A program made the position numbers and the translations under genes. Positions 24,716-38,056 of a DNA stretch of 64,000 nt are shown one piece after another; the stretch's first letter is position 1; every line of letters starts with the position of its first letter. The notes under the pieces were generated by a model. It searched no databases. It saw only the letters and a list, made by a program, of their open reading frames with translations, and was not told the origin of the DNA. This DNA comes from Macrostomum lignano (lineage: Eukaryota). Location of the stretch: contig NIVC01002504.1 in the NCBI GenBank assembly GCA_002269645.1, positions 1 to 64,000 on the forward strand, written 5' to 3'.

Positions 24716-27212
24716 TTCCCCTACAGCTCACCTCTATCCCACAGTCCCTACAGCCCCCTCTATCCCACGGTCCCTAACCCCCTCTATCCCACAGTCCCTA
24801 CAGCCCCCTCTATCCCACGGTCCCTAACCCCCTCTATCCCACAGTCCCTACAGCCCCCTCTATCCCACGGTCCCTAACCCCCTCTATCCCACAGTCCCTA
24901 CAGCCCCCTCTATCCCACGGTCCCTAACCCCCTCTATCCCACAGTCCCTACAGCCCCCTCTATCCCACGGTCCCTAACCCCCTCTATCCCACAGTCCCTA
25001 CAGCCCCCTCTATCCCACGGTCCCTAACCCCCTCTATCCCACAGTCCCTACAGCCCCCCTTTATCCCACAGTCCCTACAGCCCCCTCTATCCCACAGTCC
25101 CTACAGCCCACTCTATCCCACAGTCCCTACAGCCCACTCTATCCCACAGTCCCTACAGCCCATCTATCCCACAGTCCCTACAGCTCACTAAATCCCACAG
25201 TCCCTACAGCTCACTATATCCCTCAGTCCCTACAGCTCACTAAATCCCACAGTCCCTACAGCTCACTAAATCCCTCAGTCCCTACAGCTCCCTATATCCC
25301 ACAGTCCCTACAGCTCACACTATATCCCTCAGTCCCTACAGCCCCTCTATCCCACAGTCCCTACAGCTCACTAAATCCCACAGTCCCTACAGCTAAATAT
25401 ATCCCTCAGTCCCTACAGCTCACTATATCCCTCAGTCCCTACAGCTCACCATATCCCTCAGTCCCTACAGCTCACCATATCCCTCAGTCCCTACAGCTCA
25501 CCATATCCCTCAGTCCCTACAGCTCCCTATATCCCACAGTCCCTACAGCTCACTATATCCCACAGTCCCAACAGCTCCCTATATCCCTCAGTCCCTACAG
25601 CTCACTATATCCCTCAGTCCCTACAGCTCACTATATCCCACAGTCCCTACAGCTCACCATATCCCTCAGTCCCTACAGCTCACCATATCCCTCAGTCCCT
25701 ACAGCTCACCATATCCCTCAGTCCCTACAGCTCACCATATCCCTCAGTCCCTACAGCTCACTATATCCCACAGTCCCAACAGCTCCCTATATCCCTCAGT
25801 CCCTACAGCTCACCATATCCCTCAGTCCCTACAGCCCCTCTATCCCACAGTCCCTACAGCTCACCATATCCCTCAGTCCCTACAGCTCACTATATCCCTC
25901 AGTCCCTACAGCTCACTATATCCCTCAGTCCCTACAGCTCACCATATCCCTCAGTCCCTACAGCTCACTATATCCCTCAGTCCCTACAGCTCACTATATC
26001 CCTCAGTCCCTACAGCTCACTATATCCCTCAGTCCCTACAGCTCACTATATCCCACAGTCCCAACAGCTCCCTATATCCCTCAGTCCCTACAGCTCACCA
26101 TATCCCTCAGTCCCTACAGCTCACCATATCCCTCAGTCCCTACAGCTCACTATATCCCACAGTCCCAACAGCTCCCTATATCCCACAGTCCCAACAGCTC
26201 CCTATATCCCTCAGTCCCTACAGCTCACCATATCCCTCAGTCCCTACAGCTCACCATATCCCTCAGTCCCTACAGCCCACCATATCCCTCAGTCCCTACA
26301 GCTCACTATATCCCTCAGTCCCTACAGCTCCCTATATCCCTCAGTCCCTACAGCTCACCATATCCCTCAGTCCCTACAGCTCCCTATATCCCTCAGTCCC
26401 TACAGCCCCTCTATCCCACAGTCCCTACAGCTCACCATATCCCTCAGTCCCTACAGCTCACTATATCCCTCAGTCCCTACAGCTCACTATATCCCTCAGT
26501 CCCTACAGCTCACTATATCCCTCAGTCCCTACAGCTCACCATATCCCTCAGTCCCTACAGCTCACCATATCCCTCAGTCCCTACAGCTCACTATATCCCA
26601 CAGTCCCAACAGCTCCCTATATCCCTCAGTCCCTACAGCTCACCATATCCCTCAGTCCCTACAGCTCCCTATATCCCACAGTCCCTACAGCTCACACTAT
26701 ATCCCTCAGTCCCTACAGCCTCTCTATCCCACAGTCCCTACAGCTCACCATATCCCTCAGTCCCTACAGCTCACTATATCCCTCAGTCCCTACAGCTCAC
26801 TATATCCCTCAGTCCCTACAGCTCACTATATCCCTCAGTCCCTACAGCTCACTATATCCCTCAGTCCCTACAGCTCACCATATCCCTCAGTCCCTACAGC
26901 TCACTATATCCCTCAGTCCCTACAGCTCACTATATCCCTCAGTCCCTACAGCTCACTATATCCCTCAGTCCCTACAGCTCACTATATCCCTCAGTCCCTA
27001 CAGCTCACTATATCCCACAGTCCCTACAGCTCACCATATCCCTCAGTCCCTACAGCTCACTATATCCCTCAGTCCCTACAGCTCACTATATCCCTCAGTC
27101 CCTACAGCTCACTATATCCCACAGTCCCTACAGCTCACTATATCCCTCAGTCCCTACAGCTCACTGTATCCCTCAGTCCCTACAGCTCACTAAATCCCAC
27201 AGTCCCTACAGC
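24716..27212. repeat. 26-bp minisatellite, ~2.5 kb
   Basis: Tandem CAGTCCCTACAGCTCACTATATCCCT with variant blocks. Confidence 0.97.
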
Positions 27213-27614
27213 CCCATTACAAATAAATCATTACGGATGTTATTTCAAACGCGGGACACAAAAAAATAGTATAAACATCCTTTAGACTATTTTATTTGTT
27301 AACCACACACTCCAAATTGCATCCCATTAGTAGCTACTGTAGTAAATGCAGCTAGTAAATTTAGAAACGGATGAAAAATAACAGCCAAATCCTACATACA
27401 GACTCCTACGTCATACTAAACTGCTTAATATATAAGCAAAGCCCCTCCATGCGCTATAGCTCATATCCATTTGAATTCTTTGCTTTTTTTAGATTTCCTG
27501 CATTAACTAATTGATTCTGTTTAAATTTGTTGATTTTCATCAACACAGTTAAACAATAATGGTTTTTGGCGGACTATTGCTCCGGTAAGTGTCTCAAAGA
27601 ATATTGTGTGAATA

Positions 27615-27782
27615 CTGAGAGTGGCTTGAAGAGTGACCAGTGGCTTAAAGAGTGACCAGTGGCTTAAATAGTGACCAGTGGCTTGAAGAGTGACCAGTGG
27701 CTTAAATAGTGACCAGTGGCTTGAAGAGTGACCAGTTGCTTGAAGAGTGACCAGAGGCTTGAAGAGTGACCGGTGGCTTGAG
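27615..27782. repeat. 19-bp minisatellite
   Basis: Tandem GTGGCTTGAAGAGTGACCA. Confidence 0.9.
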
Positions 27783-28113
27783 TACATGTGCTAACCCGCA
27801 GCTTAAAGAGGAAGCTACAGACTAGAATGGGAAGTCGTGTTATGTCAGACAATTTTTCTCTTCTACATGTAAACTTAATTTAAGCTCTGGAATGCAAAGC
27901 TGTTGTCTGCACTGCAGACCCCCACAGTGCGCAGTTTTCTCAAGTGCGCAGTTTGCCCCCCCGCACAGGACCAATAAAAAAGACAAAAAACATCCTGACT
28001 GAGTTGGTTGAATCAGAAGGAATCGAACCCCCTCCCGTAGTCATGGCGATGTGTTATGCTCACACATGTACTTTTCAAATCGATGCCTACTGCATCCACG
28101 TAGTATATAACAG

Positions 28114-29454
28114 ACTTGATTGTGTCTGCCATCGGAATGGCAGGACGGCCTACAGCATCCCGCAGCTGTCTTCATCTGAGCTCGAATCGCTTGCCGACCG
28201 GCTCATCGCCGAGAATTCGCCGCTGCTGGTCTTCGGCTACGCTTCGGTGGTGTGGAATCAGGGATTCCCGGTCCGCGGCATTACTGTCGGGTCGGTCGAT
28301 GGGTTCAAGCGGCGGTTCTACCAGGGCAACGTGAGCCACCGCGGCAGGCCGGGCAGGGTAAGCACTGCATGTTCCTTGCATGCTACTCACAATTTCAATT
28401 AAGTAGCTAGACGAAAATATTATTCTTTCAAAAATGCGTTGCCGATATGTATCGAAAATATTGTTACTCACGCTTATTTGCATCTGAATGCAGTATATGA
28501 TACTTCCAACCATTGACAGACGCTGCCGATATGTATCGAAAAATCGAACTGTATCCTTCTATATCTACGAGTCGTATCTATTTATCTAAATATCTAGAAC
28601 CGACAAAAAGTAGGTTTTAAAAGTTGAAATTCAGTGCCGATATGTATCGAAACTAATTGTCTCAGGACGCTCGACGCTCTGCCTACTACTTTCGAACTCG
28701 AACTACTACTTTCTATAAGTAGGCATCGTCGCCGATATGTATCGAAAAATCGAACTGTATCCTTCTATATCTACGAGTCGCATCTATTTATCTAAATATC
28801 TAGAACCGACAAAAAGTAGGTTTTAAAAGTTGAAATTCAGTGCCGATATGTATCGAAACTAATTGTCTCAGGACGCTCGACGCTCTGCCTACTACTTTCG
28901 AACTCGAACTACTACTTTCTATAAGTAGGCATCGTCGCCGATATGTATCGAAATTCGCGTAACTGACGCTCGACCCGCCGCCCGGCAGGGTCGCCACGCT
29001 GGTGCCGTGCGAGGGCGCCACGGTCTGGGGCACGGCCTTCGAGGTCGTCGGCGCCGAGGCGATCCGAGCCGCCGTCGCCCACCTCACGCAGCGAGAGGTG
29101 CGGCTGGGCGGCTACGTTTGCATCCGGGTCCGGTTTCGGCCGCTGCAGTCGGCCAGCAGCCGAGAGGCCTTCGCGTTCGTCGCCCTGCCGGACAACCCGC
29201 AGTACCTCGGCAAGGACAGCCTCGAGCGGCAGGCGCGCCAGATGGCGCTCGCCGCCGGCCCGAGTGGCACCAACGCCGACTACCTGCGCGGCGTCGCCCA
29301 ATTCATGCTCGGCGAGGTGCCCGACGCCGAGGCCCGCGACCCGCACCTGTTCCGCCTGCTACGCCGCATGGAGGCCGAGTTGGCGAAGGCGGATTGCACT
29401 GAGCGACATGGCCGGCCTCCAGAACTCGAGACCTGGTGCACGGGAAGTGCTTGA
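28114..29454 (+). CDS. chaC: ChaC-family glutathione-specific gamma-glutamylcyclotransferase, copy 1. Exons ~28114-28357 and 28981-29454; start uncertain, acceptor of the second exon non-canonical
   Basis: LLVFGYASVVWNQGF...GFKRRFYQGNVSHRGRPGR | PGRVATLVP...VWGTAF...LTQREVRLGGY...NPQYLG...GPSGTNADYL are ChaC family motifs. Donor GTAAGC is at 28358. Confidence 0.85.
28441..28955. repeat. Six copies of GCCGATATGTATCGAAA with long spacers, including a 206-bp tandem duplication, in the ChaC intron
   Basis: CCGAT core at 28442, 28526, 28637, 28732, 28843 and 28938 (spacings 84, 111, 95, 111, 95). Confidence 0.85.
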
Positions 29455-29604
29455 TCCCCTCCTCCTCTAACGACTGACTTTTCTCTCACTGATTGTTTGG
29501 TAATGATAAAAGTTTTTTTAGCTGACGGACCGGCTCTAATAAATCTGCATGTCTACAGTACGTCTCTGTTCAAACTGATATTGATGAGTTTTCAACTCGA
29601 TTAT

Positions 29605-30095
29605 TATTATACCCACAGATCGATTCTCATCCCCCACACATCGATTCTCATCCCCCACACATCGATTCTCATCCCCCACACATCGATTCTCATCCCCCAC
29701 ACATCGATTCTCATCCCCCACAGATCGATTCTCATCCCCCACACATCGATTCTCATCCCCCACACATCGATTCTCATCCCCCACACATCGATTCTCATCC
29801 CCCACACATCGATTCTCATCCCCCACACATCGATTCTCATCCCCCACACATCGATTCTCATCCCCCACACATCGATTCTCATCCCCCACACATCGATTCT
29901 CATCCCCCACACATCGATTCTCACCCCCCACACATCGATTCTCATCCCCCACACATCGATTCTCATCCCCCACAGATCGATTCTCATCTCCAACAGATCG
30001 ATTCTCATCGCCCACAGATCGATTCTCATCCCCCACAGATCGATTCTCATCCCCCACAGATCGATTCTCATCCCCCACAGATCGATTCTCATCCT
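29605..30095. repeat. 21-bp minisatellite
   Basis: Tandem CACATCGATTCTCATCCCCCA. Confidence 0.97.
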
Positions 30096-30437
30096 CATGA
30101 GTCATCGATGAGGTGTATGGTAGGCACTGGTAGTCAGTTAGCGTCCAAGTCTCAATGCGCACCTGCTGCTGTACCGATCTGCAGGCTCAAGGCAGCTATT
30201 GGAGAGAGCCAATTACGATTATGCAGGCTCGCGATTATTATAATTTTTATGGCTACGACGATGCTAAATTTAAAGCAGGATGATTTCTAGGGCTGAATAA
30301 ATAGTGACTGGAAATACGAGTACTTCGTAGCTCACATCATTACCGCTGCAATACAGCCAATGAGGAGAGATGAGACAATGTAGTCTCAACAATAGACTAC
30401 ACTACCATAGACTATACGCTCCCATAGACTAAACTAC

Positions 30438-31824
30438 TGTGGTGACAGGGGAAATCCCGGTCTTCTCTTCCAGAGTCCGGGCTCGTATACTGACCCTCGC
30501 TGTGGTCGCCAACCTACTCGCGTACGACGAGGTGCTGGTCCGGGGGGTCCTTGGGACAGGCGTACGACGCTCCGATCCCGCCTAAGCGGCCAACCCCAAA
30601 ACCTCAAAAGAACACGACTGAAGGCTCACGGTTACGGGTGACGTGTGGTCTATTTCTCCGGGTACACAGGGCAGCACGGCACAGTCGCAAATGAGAACGC
30701 GAATGAGTTACAAACTAGCAATCTAGTGCCCCCTTCGGGACGCCCAATAAGCAAGGAGCAAAAGTTATTCATGGAAAACAATTAAAGGGCAAATTTTCTT
30801 AGGAACCTGTTCCTTCTTCACTTTTAAAAATCACCTTATTCAAGTAAAATTGTCACGGACAAAGATTTTTGCTGTGAATCTCTTTTTTCTAAAAATAACA
30901 AAGACGACAAAATGAAGCTTTCACAAAGGTAACAGACATTCCCCTTAAATAGAAAACATCCCCAAGAAAGCAAGCATCCCCCCCAGATAGCAAGCATCCC
31001 CCCAGACAGCAAGCACCCCCAGACAGCAAGCATCCCCAGATAGCAAGCATCCCCCAGACAGCAAGCACCCCCAGATAGCAAGCATCCCCCAGATAGCAAG
31101 CATCCCTCAGATAGCAAGCATCCCCCAGATAGCAATTAAGCATCTCCCAGATAGCAAGCATCCCCCAGACAGCAAGCATCCCCCAGACAGCAAGCACCCC
31201 CAGATAGCAAGCATCCCCCAGATAGCAAGCATCCCCAGATAGCAAGCATCCCTCAGATAGCAAGCATCCCCCAGATAGCAATTAAGCATCTCCCAGATAG
31301 CAAGCATCCCCCAGACAGCAAGCACCCCCAGATAGCAAGCATCCCCCAGATAGCAAGCATCCCCAGATAGCAAGCATCCCCCAGATAGCAAGCATCCCTC
31401 AGATAGCAAGCATCCCCCAGATAGCAATTAAGCATCTCCCAGATAGCAAGCATCCCAGCAGACGACGGCCGCGCGGCTTAGAGAGGCCAACCCATGCTGG
31501 ATGAAGGAATACTATGGATTGCTCATCTGAAATCATATATGGTCAATAGTATTCCTTCAACTATGGGCCAACCGCCCCAAACAGCGCGAGGGAGGGGTAG
31601 GCTCAGTCAATCAGACTGCATGCTTCACGGCCCAGACAACAATGTCTACCCCAGCTAAAGCCAAACGCCAGGCTGTACGCAGGCTTACTCATGACAAAAA
31701 GGGCAGAATTAGAGACTAAGGGTGGGCCGGTTTTCACCAGTTCGGCACGCGCGTAGAGGAGAAATAAACAAGCAGAGAGGACATTGCGTCCTTTAAATGG
31801 ACTGGGGGAGGTGTACTCACCACA
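30438..31824. mobile_element. Probable solo LTR (1387 bp) with a 4-bp target-site duplication, inserted into a minisatellite
   Basis: Begins TGTGGTGA (30438) and ends TCACCACA (31824). It is flanked on both sides by CTAC, and the CCATAGACTATAC array continues on both sides. Confidence 0.7.
30955..31460. repeat. ~19-20 bp minisatellite nested inside the solo LTR
   Basis: Tandem AGCAAGCATCCCCCAGAT variants. Confidence 0.95.
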
Positions 31825-32340
31825 CTACCATAGACTATACGCTCCCATAGACTGAACTACCATAGACTATATTCCCATAAAGTCATAGACTATACTCCCA
31901 TAGACTGAACTACCATAGACTATATTCCCATAAAGTCATAGACTATACTCCCATAGACTGAACTACCATAGACTATACTCCCATAGACTATACTCCCATA
32001 GACTATACTCCCATAGACTATACTCCCTTAGACTATACTCCCATAGACTATACTCCCATGGACTATACTCCCATAGACTATACTCCCATAGACTATACTC
32101 CCATAGACTATACTCCCTTAGACTATAGTCACTGACTATAATCCCATAGATTATAGTCCCATAGGCTAGTCCAATACACTAGTGCCATAGAAAATTCCCA
32201 TAGACTATAGTCATAGAGATTATAGTCCCGTAGACTATGATCCCTTAAACTAGTCCCATAGATTATATTCTCGTAGACTTATTCTCCCATAGAGTAATCC
32301 CATAGACTATAGTCTCATCAAGTAGTCCCATAGACTTCTA
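31825..32340. repeat. 15-bp minisatellite (left remnant at about 30393-30437)
   Basis: Tandem CCATAGACTATACTC, degenerating 3'. Confidence 0.9.
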
Positions 32341-33284
32341 AGCCTATTCTTATAACGGAGATTCGGAAATTATATACACTACAATAATTATTATCAGCAC
32401 TACTCATAGTTATAATTCTCAACAACGATAATAATTAGATAAATAATATATTACTGACATTCCGACTTAAAATTCACAACTGATCAATAGCAAATAAAGG
32501 CAAAGATTCAAGCAATTTTTATAATCATTATAATGAGTCGCACTTATCCAAAATCCCATTAAAAATTATAACTTATCCCATTTTAACTAAGCAGAAGATA
32601 CGAGCTGGGAAATAAAGAGCAAAATGACAAATCTATCTCACTATCTATCTCAGTCTATCTCACTAAACCACAGTGGAGTGGAGTGGAGTTAAATCGTGGA
32701 GTTTAAGGTCTCTGAAGCATAGCCAGAATCAGATACAGTTTACAAGCTAGATGAACTGCGGTATTTCAAAACAAACCAACAAGTGCACAACAGAACCAGG
32801 CGAGCAAAACGAGTTAACAGGTAGTTATAAATACCCAGCAACTTCAGAAATGAGCGAAGCCTGCCTTGAACCCCATCGAGCATGTCCGGGACTTCGTAAA
32901 GCGAGGAGTTCAGCAGGGAGTCCAGCAGAATGCTGAACAGTTGCTACGGGCGGCTCTGAACGCCTGGCTTTCAGTTTTAGTTTTAAAATAGCCATCGTTA
33001 TTATGCTGTGTCCACCTAGACTGCGTGTGGGTATGACTATGGGGGGGGGGGTTCGCAATAGACGAAGAGTTCCAGTCTCCAAGACCGCTTCTCACTCAAT
33101 GTTTTTGCACTTGAACTGGGGAATTGACGCCCCAATTTTCTTCCCTCATCTGAATGTGCGCTCGTGGTTGCCAAGCAGTTCTACATAAAAAACTCAAGTT
33201 ATCAAAGCGGGCGCGAAGCCTCCCGGGATGTCAACACACGGAGCAGAAACTGCAGAATCCAAGCCAACTGCTACCAACGGCACA

Positions 33285-34351
33285 ATGCTTTCTCTGCTCA
33301 TCTTCTGCGCTGTCATGGCAGCGGCTGCCACGGCTGAGAAGCCCTGCTGGAGTCTCCAGCGAGGTGACCTCACCGAGTACCGGGTGCTGGCGGTGAAGCT
33401 GGCGGTCAACGACATTCACTGCGTGACTTCTGCTGAGAACGCGGAAGCCGTCCGCTTCGACGCGGCCTCGGGCTCCTGCTCGCTGCTGGCGTGCGATCGG
33501 GGAGCGATGGATGCCTGCAGGAAGTGCCGGCACGCCAGCGACTCCAGCCTGCCTCAGCTGTGGGTGAGTGAGCTGGGCTTTGCTTTGCGGCTTCTGCACT
33601 TTGCAGCACCGCATCAATATGCGTGCACGAAATGCAGCACCGCATCAATATGCGTGCACGAAATGCAGCACCGCATCAATATGCGTGCATGAAATGCAGC
33701 ACCGCATCAATATGCGTGCACGAAATGCAGCACTGCATCAATATGCGTACACGAAATGCAGCACCGCATCGCCCATTGTAGATGAGGAAGCCGGTGAAGT
33801 GCTGGACGACCTTCCAGCGCAGAGTCGACGGCTCCATCAGCTTTAACCGGAACTGGGCGGACCACGCGAGCGGATTCGGTCAGGGCGAGAGTCTCAACTA
33901 CTGGATGGGACTGGAGCAGCTCCACCAGCTCACCGCCACCGGAGTGTGGAGAGTCCGCTGGGAGTTCAGCGACTGGAACGGCACCTGGTACTGGGCTGAG
34001 AATGCTCCGTTCTCTGTTGGCCCAGCGAGCGACAAGTACAGGTGCTCGATGGGACCTCTGGACGCGAGCAGGTCGAGTGTCGGACAGCGGACTGAAGCGA
34101 ACTTCTCGTCGAACAACTGGCAGTTCAGCACTCCGGACTCCGACAACGACAATTGGAGCGAAGGAAGCTGCGCACAGGACAGGCAGGCTGGCTGGTGGTA
34201 CGGCGAGTGCTCATTCACGGACCCGAACGGAGTCTACAAAGAGTATCCCAATATTAACACACGGGGGCTTTATTACTATCTTAATGAGTCTGGTAGCGCA
34301 CTTGTTTTGTCCTACTCGATGAAGACGTTTGAGTGCCTGCTTTTTAATTGA
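33285..34351 (+). CDS. Secreted fibrinogen-related domain (FReD) protein with an N-terminal PAN/Apple-like module, 282 aa. Exons 33285-33563 and 33782-34351
   Basis: Signal peptide MLSLLIFCAVMAAAATA. Phase-0 GT-AG intron. WTTFQRRVDGSISFNRNW..GFG...YWMGLEQLHQLT...FSTPDSDNDN...CAQ...GWWY..CS.TDPNG are fibrinogen C-terminal motifs. Confidence 0.9.
33600..33770. repeat. 31-bp minisatellite in the FReD intron
   Basis: Tandem GCAGCACCGCATCAATATGCGTGCACGAAAT. Confidence 0.92.
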
Positions 34352-34395
34352 GATGCTTCGTGCTCAAAACTGCGATCAGCAGTAGTTTCTGATGT

Positions 34396-34710
34396 GCGCT
34401 CTGATGTGCCAGCGGCCCAGGCTCGATTCCAAGTTTAGTTTGGGCTGAATTGGAATCTCGGCTTGGCTCTGCTCGTGCAATTAACGCCTTTGAGACCCAA
34501 CCCCCTAAGTCATAGTGAAGTGTATATGCCTAACGATAAATAAAGTTAGGGCCGCTGTGCACTCCTGTGTGAGTGTGTGCCTGCGTATGACTGCGTACGT
34601 TTCCGCGCGCCTTTGTGCCTGCTTAGGGGAGTCGGCGGAATAAGCAGTAATGCCTCTCGCCGGTTGTGTGACAATGTCTCTTAAAGTGCGCCGGGGTGTA
34701 CACAGACCCC
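34396..34710 (+). mobile_element. tRNA-headed SINE-like element, copy 2 (5'-truncated)
   Basis: Colinear with about 706-1035, from GCGCTCxGATGTGCCAGCGGCCCAGGCTCGATTCC to AAGTGCGCCGGGGTG. It lacks the A box. Confidence 0.7.
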
Positions 34711-34734
34711 TGCCTCTAATAAGTCAATGAAGAA

Positions 34735-35010
34735 GTCATTGGGCCTTTTCATATTACCAATTCCAGAACCAGAATCGGTTCGGAATTCCAAGAAAACACC
34801 AGTATAACTATTAAACTCTGTTAATATTTGACTGCCGTAACAACCTAACTTAGCACAATTTTTCACTTTCTTCTTGGCGATTGTCATTCAATAATAAAAA
34901 CTTTATCGCACGTATCTCCCTCTAGTTATGGAGACAAAAAGTTATACTTCACAAATTGGTTCTGGTTCTGGAACCAGAGCAAGCAATATGAAAAGGCTCA
35001 TTGATTCTAG
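34735..35010. mobile_element. Possible small MITE (imperfect inverted arms)
   Basis: CCTTTTCATATT and TTCCAGAACCAGAA on the left are mirrored by TTCTGGTTCTGGAA and AATATGAAAAGG on the right. Confidence 0.35.
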
Positions 35011-35781
35011 ATTTACAAGTAAATATTCAATTGACCTGCCGCTTGTCACGCTGTCTCGGTCATTCAATTTATTGTTCAAAAATGTTTTCCCTCTTTCTGT
35101 TTTCGAAACTTTGAAGGGTTTACTGAATGTTTCTTATGGTTATATTTTTATAGTGACAATTAAAATTCTTATATATCTGTGATACTAAGCCTTGTGTACT
35201 AAACGTAATTTTGTAACTGTGCAAACAAATAAATATCTTCACATTTTTATCTTTCCCTGCAAAAAAGTGTTAAAACTGATAAATAATGATTGTTGACTTT
35301 CTAATTGCTCGTATTTTTAATTATTTCTACGAGTAGTATGCTAAAAATTATTTCAAATTATTTTTAAGCTGCATATTATACTCAAGTACTCAACAGCAGT
35401 AAAGTGCGCAGTAAAGTCTAGCTCACAGTTGACTTTTGAGTGACGCAACTTTGCGCCACGCGACGCAGAGTTGGACTGGGTGAGGAGCGATTGGGAAGAG
35501 GGATTTTGGCACTAGGGGGTTTTGCTCAGAGGGGCATTGTCAGGATGAAGTTGTCTTCAGGAGACTGAGGCCATGCAGACACTGATCTGGTTATTCAGTC
35601 AGAAATGCTCCCCTTCTATCGCAGATCCCTCAGTCCACTCAGTCGGTCGGCTGCTTGGCTTCCAATGCGCAATAAAATTTATTAGCGAGGGGCAACACAG
35701 AAAGCAGGCAAACTCAAACCAGCATTTTTGTAGCTAATGCATATGCATGACTTTGTCGCAGACAGCTAACAGACGGGGATA

Positions 35782-35889
<108 letters not shown>

Positions 35890-36725
35890 TGCCGTCCCGT
35901 TTCCCCAACCTCGACCCCCAACTCACGGGGCTTGACTCCGCTAGCCAGAGACACATTAACATAAGCATTGGCGCCTACGTCAACATCCTTCGCAACCGAA
36001 GGACTGCTGAAGATGATCAGCGTGCTGGGGCTCGCTGTGCCTTCGTCGATTTCGATGGTAAAATGCGCGGTTGCGAACTCTGGCGAATTGTCGTTGACGT
36101 CGGTGAGGGTGACGGCCAGCTGCTTTCAGCTGATTTCAGGCCCGGGCCGTCCGTGGCTTGCCAGAGAGAATAAATTCAATTCAGTGGGGAGAGTCAGAGG
36201 GACAGAGAGTCAGAGGAAGTAAGAGAGTCAGGGACCACAGAATGTACGCATGATGCTCAATCACGCATTTTAAGAAAATATCTTGCCCAATAATTATATC
36301 CTACAGTAGCTACTCTCACTGTGAAGAAAAATAAAGTAGGCTGAAAGGCACCTTGCAACCTATATCTTCACGAACTGGTGCAGCCAATTGATTGTCGCTC
36401 AGCAGCCAAATGCCAACCAAGGACCCACGAGTCCTAGTAGTCCTTGATGCCAACCAGATTGGTAAAGGGGTTTTTCGTTAGCATAGGTAAAGCTCATGGC
36501 GTAGCGCAGGCTCTGCGATTTGTCACCGTCGGAGCAGAAGGTCGGCGACGCCGTCTCAATAGCGTAGAGCTCCGTGCCCAGGGCGACGTCCTCGCGGATG
36601 CCTGACAGAGTTTTGGTGCTCGATGTGCAGCTTGGGGTGAACAGGTTGACGTCCTTGATGACCACTGTGCAGGTGGCTGTGTTGGGTCCTGCACCGTTGC
36701 CATCCGTTGATCCGTTTGATCCTTT
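35890..36725 (-). pseudogene. Cadherin-repeat exon fragments (~36430-36725 and ~35890-36160), partial or disrupted
   Basis: [28 protein letters not shown]...IREDVALGT...[11 protein letters not shown] and ATDGPGLKS/LAVTLTDVNDNSPEF...IEIDEG...DVDVGANA contain cadherin Ca-binding motifs. There is an apparent 1-nt frameshift near 36122 and no clear start or terminal exons. Confidence 0.65.
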
Positions 36726-36731
36726 AGAGTG

Positions 36732-37486
<755 letters not shown>

Positions 37487-38056
37487 TTTTCCAAACTGGC
37501 AATACTTTTCAGAGAATCAGTGAATGAAATTTCGTCACGAATTCTCCATAGTCTATGGTGCAGAGATTACAGACACCTGAATCCCAAGCTTCGTCAGTTC
37601 GACAAGGAGTGTACTTTTGTAAACAAACATTAACGATTTCGTAGAAACAAACGGCAGAGTACATTAGCGTGTTATTATAAGAACAAGAGTAGAAGTAGAA
37701 GAGGCGCAAATAGTTGTTTAAAATAGTCGCAAATCAGATCAGACGTCTTTGTTCAAGCTCTCTCAGCTCATTGAGCGCATCCTCATGTCCGTCTGGAATT
37801 TCCTCCTACATCTTCTAAAACTTTGTAAGATTAAATAAATGGCCCCAGATTAAAGTGAACAAATCTCGCCTTCTCCTGAAATTTTGGCTCAACTCTCTAC
37901 CCATTAGCGCATCGGAGACAGACTTGACCATAGACATTATCTGCTCAACTCCAACCATGGATCTTATACAGAATGGCTTATCTAGGGAATATAAGATCTA
38001 TGACTTCAACACCCAGCCTCTCTCAAGTGACTCTTCCAAAGTGACTCTTCCAAGCA

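Noticed and set aside
24716-27212. CRISPR-like appearance of the regular arrays here and elsewhere in the window
   Set aside because: The units are head-to-tail without unique spacers, there are no cas genes, and the context is eukaryotic.
17321-29454. Bacterial-style guaA-chaC operon or horizontal transfer
   Set aside because: Both genes have spliceosomal introns, the GMPS has eukaryote-type inserts, and the genes are 6 kb apart with repeats between them.
37500-38050. Possible further cadherin-like fragments on the + strand (YDFNTQPLSSDSSKVTL)
   Set aside because: The similarity is too weak, it is on the opposite strand to the supported cadherin exons, and there is no DxNDN motif.
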